Positions 25,591 through 37,105 of a stretch of 64,000 nucleotides of DNA are shown in pieces. A program made the position numbers and the translations under genes. How positions within the stretch are numbered: the stretch's first letter is position 1; each line of letters starts with the position of its first letter. The notes under the pieces are model-generated. The model was not told where the DNA came from. It ran no database searches and saw nothing but the letters and a program-made list of their open reading frames with translations. The stretch is from Macrostomum hystrix (Eukaryota; Animalia; Platyhelminthes): assembly GCA_950097015.1 (NCBI GenBank), contig CATNEN010000007.1, positions 10,974,001 to 11,038,000 of the forward strand, read 5' to 3'.

Positions 25591-27615
25591 CTTTCCAATC
25601 CCACGATCCCCTTTCCAATCCCATGATCTCAATTCTAATCCCATGATCTCAATTCTCTCCTCTCTGCCCCTTACTCCCTCCTGTCTGCCCGAATTAAACA
25701 ATGAACAATATAAACAATCCACAATACGAAAATAGTCAATAATATAGTCAACAAAATTAGCCATTTTTAATAAAAGAAACGAAATAATGATGTTTAGTTG
25801 TTCCTTGGTCTTTAATAAAGAGGAGAGTTAGGGAGAATGCGATGAGAATATGTTCTTCTCAGAGTTCTTCTGTTTTTCTCAATCTCAGATAGTCTTTGCA
25901 AAGCTCAACGTTATAAAAATAAAGATGGACTAAAGTTTATTAGATTCGATAAACAATTTTCTTTCTTAGTGGAATCAACAAGTCCACTGTCTAATGACAA
26001 AATAGTTTGAGAGTCGAGACTGAACGAGCGTCTTTTTCTGGTCTTGTGTTAAATAGATGGTGTGATATGCAGGACACCATAATAGGCAAGCCAGGAGCCT
26101 CAAGACAGAGAGGACACGCGATTATGGGGTTTGGGAAATGGGGTGGGTGTCATTAAATGAATCACAGCGAATCGCACGCGAATATGGGGTTTTGGGAATG
26201 GGGTGGGTGTTAAATGACTGACAAATATTTTTGGTTTGGAAGGATCGATAAATTAAACGGCCGTTAGTTTGGCTCGGTGTGAGAAGGGTTTAGTCAAAGG
26301 ACCCCTATATAGCAGCATCTGCACTGGAAGCTAAACGGAAAAGTTTAGTTTGTAGTTAAAATTAGTAGTTATTTGCAAGGACTACTAGAGTAGAAGGACG
26401 CGACACTTGAAGACTATGTAAATTTTATTAAAGGCCACTTTTCTAAGCGATGTCTTTTTTAAACGGATGCACATAGAAATTTACTTTTTTCGCTGGGACC
26501 TTCGAAATTTATTGCCCTTGAAGATAAAATACATTTGCGTCTGGATAAACATATTTTTTAAACTCGCTAATCTGATGGCCCCTGCTACCCCTGATGTGGG
26601 ATAACTGCTGAAGTGGGATAACTGCTGCACTGGGAAAACTGCAGAAGTTGAATTACTGGATGAAGTTAGATAACTGCTGAAGTAAGATAACAGGTTAAGT
26701 GGGATTACTCCTGAAGTGGGCTATCTGATGAAATGGGATTTCTGCCGATATGGGATAACTGTAGATGGGGGATAACTGGTGAAAGGGGATAGCTGCTTAA
26801 GGGGATATCTGATGAAGTGACGAATTTAGTTAGTGACGAATTTTTTAATAACTGAATAATTCGGGGCGGCTTAATTGCTATTCACATTCTAAAATTAAAA
26901 TTTGGACTGGAAGCGGAGCTGATATCTTCCTTTTTTCTAAGACTTGTGGCCAATAAAATTGCCCGATTTACACAGGGGCAGGGCAGATAGACAGGATCAG
27001 GCACACATAGACAGAAAATAGCGTATATATTTTTTGGCTGGACCGACTTTTCCAAATTTTTGCTTCCCCAGAACTCACCAAAAAGCGATGCCGCCGCCTC
27101 CTGGCGGCCCGCCCGGGCCCCAATGCCAGGGCGGCATGAATCCAAAATTTCTGCAAAATACAAGGCCTTCTGGCAATTGAATTGATTTAGAGAATTCCAT
27201 CATTAGCTGTGAATCAGACAAAAAATTAACTTACCCTCGGCAAAAGGCGGACAAGCTCCGGAGCTTTACCTGCTCCATCAGGAGCAGGTAAGCTCGCACG
27301 CTGTCTCTCTGCAAATTTATAAAACAAAAAATATAGAGCAAGGACGAAGGACGGTTGTTAGTACAATCCTGTATAACTGATAAACGGGGATAACTCATGA
27401 AATGGGATAACTAATGAACGGGGATGATTGCATGATAAAGTCAATAACTGAAGAAGTGGGATTTTGGAGAAGGATTTGGGATCAGAGAAGGACTTTGGAT
27501 CTGGGATTAAAGCTGTAAATCCCAAAACCCCGAATCAACGAATAAATGCATATTTCTGCTATTGACTGCACTGAAGAATTAATTTATAAAGTTAGGAGGG
27601 TCACTGTCAACAGCA

Positions 27616-28161
27616 CTATTTAAAGGCACAGAAACTCACATTCATCTTCCAATTTCGCCACTTGCGGCCTCCCCGATGATGAGGGCGGCCGCGGCGAATC
27701 TGCTGCTGGGGATGGGGGGGAGGGTGGGCTGGGCCTGGGTTGGGTTGGGGAGGGATGGGACGGGCTGGACGGGGGGGTTGGCCGACTGGGGCAGGGGTGG
27801 TAAGGGTGGGTTGTGGGCCTGGGTTGGGTTGAGGAGGGATGGGGCGGGCTGGACGGGGCGGTTGGCCGACTGGGGCAGGGGTGGTGAGGGTGGGTTGTGG
27901 GCCTGGGTTGGGTTGAGGAGGGATGGGGCGGGCTGGAAGGTTGGGTTGGGCGGGGAGAAGAGGGCGGACTGGGGCAGGGGCAGGCTGGGTCGGGATCGGG
28001 GGGGGAGCGCCGGCCACCCGGGCATATGAAGCCCTGGTGGCCGGCCTGGACGGTGGCGGCGAAGGCGGCGGCGTTGGCGGTGGCGGGGGGCGGGGCGGGG
28101 CCCGCAAGGGACGGGCGTCGGCCCGACCCTTTTTTCTGCCGGCCGATTTTTTCTTTGATGC
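27616..28161 (-). CDS. Proline-rich, basic-tailed putative terminal exon
   Basis: GC island open in the frame ASKKKSAGRKKG...PPPTPPPSPPP..ASYARVAG..(PARPIPPQPNPGP)x3..RRGRPHHRGGRKW; TTTCAG acceptor at 28162. Low complexity, so coding status is uncertain. Confidence 0.4.
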   Translation of the reverse strand, partial: ASKKKSAGRKKGRADARPLRAPPRPPPPPTPPPSPPPSRPATRASYARVAGAPPPIPTQPAPAPVRPLLPAQPNLPARPIPPQPNPGPQPTLTTPAPVGQPPRPARPIPPQPNPGPQPTLTTPAPVGQPPRPARPIPPQPNPGPAHPPPHPQQQIRRGRPHHRGGRKWRNWKMNVSFCAFK

Positions 28162-30036
28162 CTGAAATTATGTATTGCAAAACTCGTTAATCACGCAAAT
28201 TATGTTTCTTGGAAATTAACAAATATGATTCAAGGAAGTGTTGTACCAGTAAACTAACGGTGAGGTAGCTATAGCAGTATATGTAAGTTATAGGTGAGTT
28301 TGTCAGTTCAAATATTACCTGGCCTCTTTGGACACATGAAAGAGTTTTTCTTTTCTAAGAAAATACCAAAACTTTGCCACTTAATAGCTTTATTGTTTAA
28401 GATAATCATACTTGATTTTCTTCATCAAATTCTTAAATTTTTTCTTTGACTTTACTAAGTTTAATTTTACTCTAAAAGTTGGGTAAAGTTTAGCACTTTA
28501 ATATACCAATGATCTAATATCATGCATAGAAGGACAAATAATTTGGTTTCTGCATTAAAAAATTCGAATTTTTATATAAAAAATTAGATAGAAAGTCAGA
28601 TACAACAAACAGTAGTACTAATGTAGGATCACATATATCATTTGTGTGAATTATCTATGTGAGTTTCTTGTAAACATTTGCTATAGCATAGCTATAGCTA
28701 TGCCCTATGCGAATCTTTAAAAAATTAAAGTCTCTTTTGAAGAGGACAGAACAGAAGTAGCTAGTCCTATATGAAGAAACTAATTTCTTAGCTTAAATTT
28801 AGCTATTATATGTTTTTATTGGAATAAATGTTACAGTTACAACCCTATTTGGCTAGAGGAATTCCTTCAGTTTAAGGATGGAATAAATATTTATATTTAG
28901 ACATAACTAGCTATGCCTATAATCAGTGCTGCTCTTATTTTCATAGACCAAATTTAATAATTTAATAACTAAAAATTTCCTCTCCTTGCTATCTAATTAT
29001 ATCTATGTTATCTATGTTATCTATCTAATTATATCTATGTTATAACTAGGCATAAATTCAAAATTATGGCTTTTTAGTCTAAAAATGAGAACTATACACT
29101 CAATATAGTTGCCCAGGGTTTGAAAAAGAATTGAATATTTTTTCAAAGTTTTGTATTCCTTGAATGAACTTATTTAGTCTCCAAAAAGACAAAGTCTTGA
29201 GTAGACCTTCTAGTCAAATAAAAACTTTTCAATTGTTTCAGAATTCAAGTAAATGTCTTGTAACCCTTTTATTATGCAAGATAATTTCATGAATTTTGTC
29301 CACATGAAGATAACATGAATGAAATTAGAAATATCAAATAAAAAGCAAGTAGAACATGATTCAAAAGGGAAAAATAATGGCTCTAGGAATATAGTCAGGC
29401 TATAACATTGCTTTGTATCAATTTTTCTTATGTGTATATTGAACTAGCAAAGTGAAATAATAATTTAAGATCAAATAGTAGAGTAGACTATATAGCTACT
29501 TGTTTAGAAAGGGAAGCAAATAATTATTTTGTATATGTTGGTATATGTAAAACATAATATATATTGGTAATTTTTAACTGGAATTGGCTCTCTATTGTAA
29601 ACATTTTTATAATGCTAGAATACAAGGTTATCACCTTGTATAGTAGCAAAATAACTGTATACAAAAGATTATCAGGCACACCAGATGGCAAATATGGATC
29701 TCAGATTTAAATAGTGAGTTGACAGCTGACCCTACCTATATTTTTATCCATTTTTGCCAAGCGAGAAGGTTTCCAGAAGTGCCCATAGATTTAGAGTGCA
29801 AGGTATTCAGAGCTTTGGTCAATTTTTAAGACTTTAGCTTCACAGCACTATGTTAAATGCAAGTGGTTAAAATGAATACAGCACATAATAGCTATATCAA
29901 TCTACATTAAAAAGCTTTCTACTGAGGCTTACAGCACTTCTAAAGAGTGCAATGTACATTATCCTCATTGATTTTAATAGCACATCTATAAAGTGCAATA
30001 TACTGAACTGTTTTATTTAACAATTTGCAGTCTAGT

Positions 30037-31172
30037 CTATCTAGGAAAAAGATGGACTGTCCTACTGTTTGGCTGTTGTGAGATAACATGTTCTTCAGCA
30101 GCACTTTGCTGTGTCATATGTGACAGGCTTGGTAATGAAAATTGTAAAGGTACCTGAGGAGGTACTTGAGACTCAGATATCTGTATTTCATCTGGCAATA
30201 ACATACCTGGGTAATAATTCTGCGAAAACTGAGCAAGACGTAGGTGACTATGTATTACTTGATTTTGAGAACTTCTAAGTTGCTGCAAATGAATGTCTTC
30301 TAAATAAGCATCTGGATTTTGGAATAAATTGTCAATACTATTGATATTTGAAGTAGTATTGTTGAGACTGGTAATATCATTGACATTACTTTGTGATGCT
30401 TCTGCACTTTGACTACATTCTTCATTGAGGCTTATCTCAGCCTCAGCAGCATAGTCATTTTGCTGTGTAGCCACTATTGCAGAATCATTACCATTTGCAC
30501 TAGTACCTTGCATGCCAACAAGCAATGCTTGATTTTGGTTTGCTAGAGTACCTTCAGTGCTAATTGTAGGTGCTACATTTCTCTCATTCCATTCTGAATG
30601 AGACCAAAATTTTACTTCACCATGATCAGAAATTGCCTGAAATTGTGCAACACATTGCTGTTGGTTAAGATTATGGGGTGAAGAGAAGTTGGGAATAAAA
30701 CGTCCTGGCCCTTTCTTCTGACCTGTAGCTAAATCAGAAGCTATAAGTGCCCATTGAATTGCACCAGAGTTGCCTGCCCTTTCATAAGCGTCCTTAGCTA
30801 TTTTACTAAGCTCTTTGCGCATGTAGACAACACCCTTTTTAATAATTTCTTCAAACTTTCCTTCTGTTTGAGGAAGCTGCTGCAAATTTTGAAGCCTGTG
30901 TTGCGCTTGCTTATCTGCTCTTATAAAATCAACAATAGAACTACATGCTTCTTGGACCTGTCCACTCAAAGTGCCAGTGACATCTTTAGAACAGTGATAA
31001 ATGGCTCTGTCATGTTCAGTAATTCTAATAACAATGTAAGTTTCTTTATGTTTGTCCAAGTCCTGAATGATTCTTTTAATTGGGCGAGGTCGATTTTTAG
31101 CAGCTTTTCTTAGTCGTTCTTTTTTTGCTATACTTAGACCCCTATACTTCTCTAGCAATGCTGAAGTCCAAG
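30037..31172 (-). CDS. Uncharacterised protein, large terminal exon (>=373 aa), probable transposon accessory gene
   Basis: 1.1-kb stop-free frame in AT-rich DNA; CATTTCAG acceptor at 31173; basic helical N-part (EKYRGLSIAKKERLRKAAK) and Q/S/N-rich disordered tail. Confidence 0.55.
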
Positions 31173-33305
31173 CTGAAATGAAGAAGTATATGATATTAAA
31201 AATATTTAAACGAGATTTCCACTAAACTAGGCTTTTGTCCAGAACTGCAAGAATTAAAAGTGAGGCCATGCTTAAGGTAATCTCCCCTTGACCTCAGGGG
31301 AGAGAACAACACCATCACTGAATTAACTGTTTAAATATAAAATGAAAAATTAACACCCAAACCAGCATTATGCATGAAAGCATATTTACCAAGTTTTTAA
31401 GGCAGTCACCCATTTTTTAGAAACTAAGAAAGCTGCCCTTTTCCTTTTTCCAGTCAGCTGTACAATTCTGAACAAAAACCAAGTTCGTAGGTGCAGAAAT
31501 GCCCAATTCCTTTAAATCTTACTGTATATAAAACACTTACTAGCACAGCCCTTCTTTCGAAGAAATTCATTGCCGCTAGTAGGTCCCATCTAAAATTAAG
31601 TTTTTAGCAATATGTAAATCAAATGTCTGTCACATGAACTATTTACCTACACTTCATTGGCAAACTATATATTTTTGGAGTCTATAGGCATGTCAAGTAA
31701 TACCATATTATAGGGCCACAAAATGGTCAAGTTAGAAAATCCAAAACTGTAACATGTCACCATTGCTATTAATAGGAAAAAGCATAAAAAATTCATGAAA
31801 TACAATTTCGAATTCTTAACTTGAAAATTAGTTCTACTTTGAAACTTTTTCTTCAGGAATTATTTAGCATGGGCATGGTGAATTTTTTGGTCTTGGAACA
31901 GCTATTTAAGTATTCTATAGCTACCAGTGGGACTGATATATTCATTTCCTTGAAGGTACTCTTAACAGGCCCTAGTCAAAACACATGCTGCACACATTTC
32001 ACAAGCTTTGAGTTTTTTCAACTTTTAAAGAGGTAATCACAGTTTAATCATGGTTTTCTGTTTTTGCACTAAATATTGATACTAATACATTTTCCTCAAA
32101 CATTTCCAGCCTGCCTTGCTTGCTGCCTGACTGTTCGCTTGTCAACATTATGGACTCTAATGGACGACTAGGTCTATGCTGTCAAACTGCCATTGTCTGG
32201 TTCTAGGCAAGCCTCAAGTTACTGCAATACTTTTGCTCTCAGAGCTAGCTACTATCAGCCTGCAGCTCGACTCTTTGGACGAGCGTGAGTTAATATTGAT
32301 TGCTTTTGTGAAAGTTACAGTTCAATGTGAATTCAAATGCAATGGCCCTCATTTTTTATAAACAGGTGTTTTGGCCCTATATGGTCCCATTCTATTAATG
32401 CTACATGCTAATACCAATAATTAAACGAGGACTCGATTCCATGTGATTCTCAGATTCTCCTCTCTACATCAGCCTCGAGGAGACATGCCCGCTATGGTCA
32501 GGCATTTTCCTTATATTTAACACACTGACTTTGACAAATAGAGGCTGTTCCTGTTTCTAACTTTCAATTACATTCAAATTCTGCCGCTTTCCACAGTGCT
32601 TTTTTCATCTGCTCTCTCTCCCGATCTCTCCGTCATTCCCCTTTTCTCCTGCGCCAGATGCAGAGTAAGAACGGCTAACAGTTGATACTACTCCTCATCT
32701 AGTAGTCTGTGTCGCAACTTTTCTGTATTGGTTTGACTGAAATATTCACTTCCTTGAAGGCACTCTTAACAGGTCATAGTCACAGGCCACAGGGCATGTT
32801 ACATATTTCTCCGGGCTGCAGGTGTGGGTGCACTGATTAAGAGTTGGACTATCTAAGATTTGACACCTTGATCTGAATGGCGTAGGCGAGGGGGTCATAC
32901 TAGCTACTAGTAGCCGAACACTAGTAGTATGGGTTACCAGAAATCTGCCTAACACAGGGGAAATAGGAGAGCGTGCATTTGAATGGGAGAGGGTGGCCTA
33001 TACTCTGCATATAGGATAGGTGACGCTGTGACGATCTATGTGGCTGAGGGGTTGGAGCCCCATTACAATTACTCAACAGAATTCTGAGCACCAAAAATTA
33101 GCGAAAATTATCAGCATGAGCTTGCCGTGACACCCGAGACAGTAATGACCCCTGGAATGGATTTCTAGGCTATGTATGCCACTGTTTAGATCTGCATGAA
33201 AAGCTTGTTTAGCAGGCAGCATTAATGAGCTATTACTACTATAAATATTGATAGTAATATTTATAATACCAGCAATTTCCAACTATGTAGATTATTATAC
33301 AGCAG

Positions 33306-33475
33306 TAACAAATATGGATTGATTTTGACATGCCACAAACTCTTACAATACATTATTACAAATACGAAAATATTAAACTGACATGGGTCAAATAACAAAT
33401 ATGGATTGATTTTGACATGCCACAAACTCTTACAATACATTATTACAAATAGGAAAATATTAAACCGACATGGGC
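33306..33475 (+). repeat. Tandem duplication, 2 x ~87 bp
   Basis: TAACAAATATGGATTGATTTTGACATGCC... repeated. Confidence 0.9.
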
Positions 33476-33766
33476 ACCTAAACTTGGCTTACCTGTCAGT
33501 TCTTATTTGAGCTAATAAAAAAGGTTTCTATTTAACAATTCTAGCTAGTATAGGATATAGAATTAGATTTAAAGTTTTGACTCGACGAGCTCTTTACTAT
33601 TCGAGTTTTGGTGGGAAGAGGAAAAACAGCTCGTTCCCCTTTGTCCCCCGCTCAAATAGGGATGTATGGCACCATCGTCTAGTTCGTTCCCAAGTTCGCG
33701 TAAACAACCCCTCCCAGCCAACCACGCTTCATCATGGGGTTCCCACGCTTCACGTTCCCACAGGGA

Positions 33767-33868
33767 GCTCATGAGCTGCACTCGTCTAGCCGGACTCATG
33801 GCACGGTGAGGTGACCTGGGCTAGCCGTCTAATTTTTACCGTGAGCTGAGGCCGGCTAGTCCACGGCC
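33767..33868 (-). repeat. Right subterminal inverted repeat
   Basis: Reverse complement GGCCGTGGACTAGCCGGCCTCAGCTCACG...GCAGCTCATGAGC aligns with 1971-2071. Confidence 0.75.
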
Positions 33869-34018
33869 GTTAGGTGAAATTTTATTACAGCCACCCCCTC
33901 CCTTCCCCGGGCGCCGAAGCCCCAGACTGTACATTGTATTTCAAGCCGTGAATGTACACAGCCCAAACCCCTAGACTGTCTACTGGCCCCCAAGCAGCAC
34001 TGAGACTGAGTGCGGTGA

Positions 34019-34714
34019 GTGCGGTGGCGTCCCAGTGCGCAGGGCTCTCCGGTTGATATTTCTCTCCAGCCAGCCTATTTCTCTCGATATGCTGACGTTG
34101 ACTGGCTGTCAGAGAGGGCAATTCTGTGTCCTAGAAATGATGCCGCCAACGAAATTAACTACCAACTGCTTCAGGAGTTGCCAGGTGCAGTTTTCACCTA
34201 CAAGTCAATTGATACAACGTTGACTGATGACACCGCTGTGGAGTATCCTGTTGAGTTTCTGAAATCTCTAGATCCTCCTGGAACTCCATCGCACAACTTG
34301 CAGCTGAAAGTTGGGGCACCAATTATGCTCCTCCGCAACCTGAATGCGCCAAGGCTGTGTAACGGCACCAGACTGATAGTCAGGCGGCTCTTCCCACACG
34401 TGATTGAGGCCACGATAATGACTGGATCTGGCAGAGGAGAGTCTGTGTTCGTTCCCCGGATTCCAATTATCCCCACGGACCTGCCATTTCAGTTCAAGCG
34501 ACTGCAGTTCCCTGTGAGAGTGTGCTTTGCGATGACTATTAACAAGGCTCAGGGACAGTCGCTGAAGGTGGCTGGCATCAACCTGGAGACTCCTTGCTTC
34601 TCGCATGGGCAGCTTTATGTCGCCTGCTCCCGTGTTGGAACTCCAGCTGGCCTATTCATTTTCGCACCAAGGGGAAGAACGAAGAATGTGGTGTATCCCC
34701 AGGCCTTGAGGTGA
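34019..34714 (+). pseudogene. Helitron PIF1-like helicase, C-terminal fragment
   Basis: WLSERAILCPRN, LKVGAPIMLLRNL, LCNGTRL, VPRIP, RLQFPVRVCFAMTINKAQGQSL, FSHGQLYVACSRV and TKNVVY; lacks the Rep domain and Walker A. Confidence 0.92.
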
Positions 34715-34866
34715 CTCGCAAGCAATTAATAGAAAAGTAGTCACGAATTGACCTTGACCTGTCTAACTCTGAACTCTGAAACAGTTTAATTTTGTTTCTT
34801 TGACATTGTTATTGTTATGTCATGGCTATTTTCCTTATGTATACGCGTGTACATGCATACTGTATA

Positions 34867-35138
34867 CAGAGGCAGATTTAGGGGGGGCGGGGGGGCAGTC
34901 GCCCCCCTAAATTTTAATCATGGGAATAAGATGCCCCCACCAGGGGCCCCAGTCGCAGCACTGGCGCCCCTTTTCGGCCGCTGGCGCCCCTTTTTCAGCC
35001 GCTGGCTCCCGTTTTTCAGCCGCTGGCGCCCTTTCTTGGCTCCTGGCGCCCTTTTTCGGCCGCTGGCACCCCCTCTGTGATTCTCATGGCGCTCCCCTGA
35101 CAGACCGCCCCAAAACAAAATTCCTGGATCTGCCACTG
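34867..35138 (+). mobile_element. hAT-type MITE nested in the Helitron
   Basis: TIRs CAGAGGCAGAT / ATCTGCCACTG; perfect 8-bp TSD ACTGTATA (34859-34866, 35139-35146); internal GCTGGCGCCC repeats. Confidence 0.88.
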
Positions 35139-37105
35139 ACTGTATAGAGGAGTGGCTGAGAGACATGTTTCTAAAGAAGTAATCAAGAGGGGCTGTTTGG
35201 ACAAACTTTTCACTTATTTTTTACTTAAAACGCCCTTAAACAAACTCTTCACTTTTCATTAATGCAGTAAATAAATAAATGGTGACCTTCACTATAAAGT
35301 TAATACAGAGACGTGAATTGCTTACTGCTTTGCTTTAAATTTCTGCCCCAAAAACAACGGGCAAAAAAAGCTAGTAATGCATATAAAATTATAACTGACA
35401 ATGGACATAATATTATTTTATGTTAGAAAATTCATGTCATTCACTGATCCGCGTACATTTAAGATCTATTATATTTTAATCCATGCGCAAAAAACACCGT
35501 GTGCAGCGGATAGATTTACATTTTTGGTACTATTAAATGTGCACATTTTTAGTACTACATGTAGTAGGCTGTTAGGAACATGAGTTATACTACAATGAAG
35601 TAAAAATACTTCATTTTTTTAATGATCAGAAACCGTTTTTAGGAGTGTTTTGCTTCTTCAGCATTTGTTGAGCACTAATATTGAATTTTAAGACAGCTCT
35701 CAACAGTGATGCGTAGTACTGTATGTACCAGCGGGGAAATCCACTTGACAATGTTTTTGCTGTGCCTGAGCCGAGCAACGTAAGGCAGAAATTCTGGAAA
35801 AATTAGGACAAACTTTTCGTTGGCGCATCTTCTGAAACAAGAATTAAGTCGCCATCTCTTCAGAACGCCCAGATAGATATTTAACGATTCTGACAGTAGG
35901 TCCACTTTTGCTAATCCATTCAGTGAATCATGCAGCGCTGCTGCACAGTGCTGACCACAATGGCTGTATAATTTAAGCATTCTGTATCAACTGGCCTTCC
36001 CCTAGGAGGAGGTTCTGGACATTCAAAGGTTGGCTACGGAATTTGTCGCAAATTTATCCTGTCTTGCTGATCAAGCGCTGGAAAATACACTGCCAATTGA
36101 ACTTGTTGTTGAAGTAACAAATTGTATTAGAAAAGCCACTGGTGGTATGACGTAGTTGCTTTCAAGTGCAGCAAAACAATTCTAGGCTACTGTTAGGAAA
36201 TAAACAAAGGCTTGAATATCAAAAGAAATATTGTATTCACGAGCACTGCTCAAGATAAGTGTAACGAAGTTACTAGACGGAAAAGCCGGAGGGAACAAGC
36301 AGTTCTGAGTAATGTATTTTGGTAAACAATAAATGAGCGAATTTAAGCGAGCTGATGAATAAATTGTGACAGATATTTGCAAAAAAACAAAAAACCGAAG
36401 GGAAAAGCACAATGGCTCCGAAACCGAGCAGAGAACAGCCAATACAGGACTCGGAGGTGAGCACACACGCCCTGAGTGAGTACTGAGCGAGCAAAAAAAC
36501 AAAAGGAAACCCACCAGCGAGCAAAGTAGAACAAAAAGCTGAAAACACCACGACACCAGCAGCGGCCTTGTGTACCAGGAAGCGTAATTAAGAAAATAGG
36601 TGTGAATAGGCCAGAAGAAGCTGCAAACAGCTGTCAGGAAAACAATAAAAAACAGGAAAAACAGAAGACGTGCTCCGTGAGACTGTCGTGTACACGGGCC
36701 GGCTCTGATCGGCTGAAAGCAAGTTAAAACAGCAAGAAACTGGTAAGACAAAAAAGCGAATGTCAGACCAGACAGGAAATAAATCTAAATAATTTTGTAT
36801 ACCATAAAAGCAGCAGAAAACCAATTAAGCTCAGCATAAAAGAATAAAATCAGTCAGTCAATCGATTAATCAGAAAATCTGTTAAATAAGAACCTCGTCC
36901 ATAAAAATCAATAATAAAGCTATGAAAATACAAGCTGTCTAAAAGCATGCGGTGAAAACACTGCATCGACCTAAAAAATTGACTGAGCAGCTCAGGTCTC
37001 AGCACTAAGCAAGACTCATAGATGCACCACCCAGCTGGGCTACTGGCCTCAATGTTTGCCAGCAGACCGGCTTCAAGCAGCTGAAGGAGCTGCAACTGCT
37101 GAGCC

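Larger units (their letters stand above)
1929..33886. mobile_element. Putative giant (~32 kb) KDZ-transposase DNA transposon inserted in a Helitron
   Basis: Imperfect inverted repeats at 1971-2071 and 33767-33868; flanking direct repeat ACAGCCACCCC at 1918-1928 and 33887-33897; internal KDZ transposase; Helitron halves on either side. Confidence 0.55.
33887..35374 (+). mobile_element. Helitron 3' segment
   Basis: Contains the RepHel helicase C-terminus; ends with the weak hairpin TGCCC..GGGCA (35344-35362), then CTAG (35371-35374) followed by T. Confidence 0.75.

Noticed and set aside
1537-35374. A single 34-kb Helitron that captured everything by rolling-circle transduction
   Set aside because: Not excluded, but the paired inverted repeats plus a flanking direct repeat favour a discrete insertion into a small Helitron.
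36182-36824. Hydrophobic 'membrane protein' ORFs on the minus strand
   Set aside because: Result of A-rich low-complexity sequence; overlapping frames and no motif.
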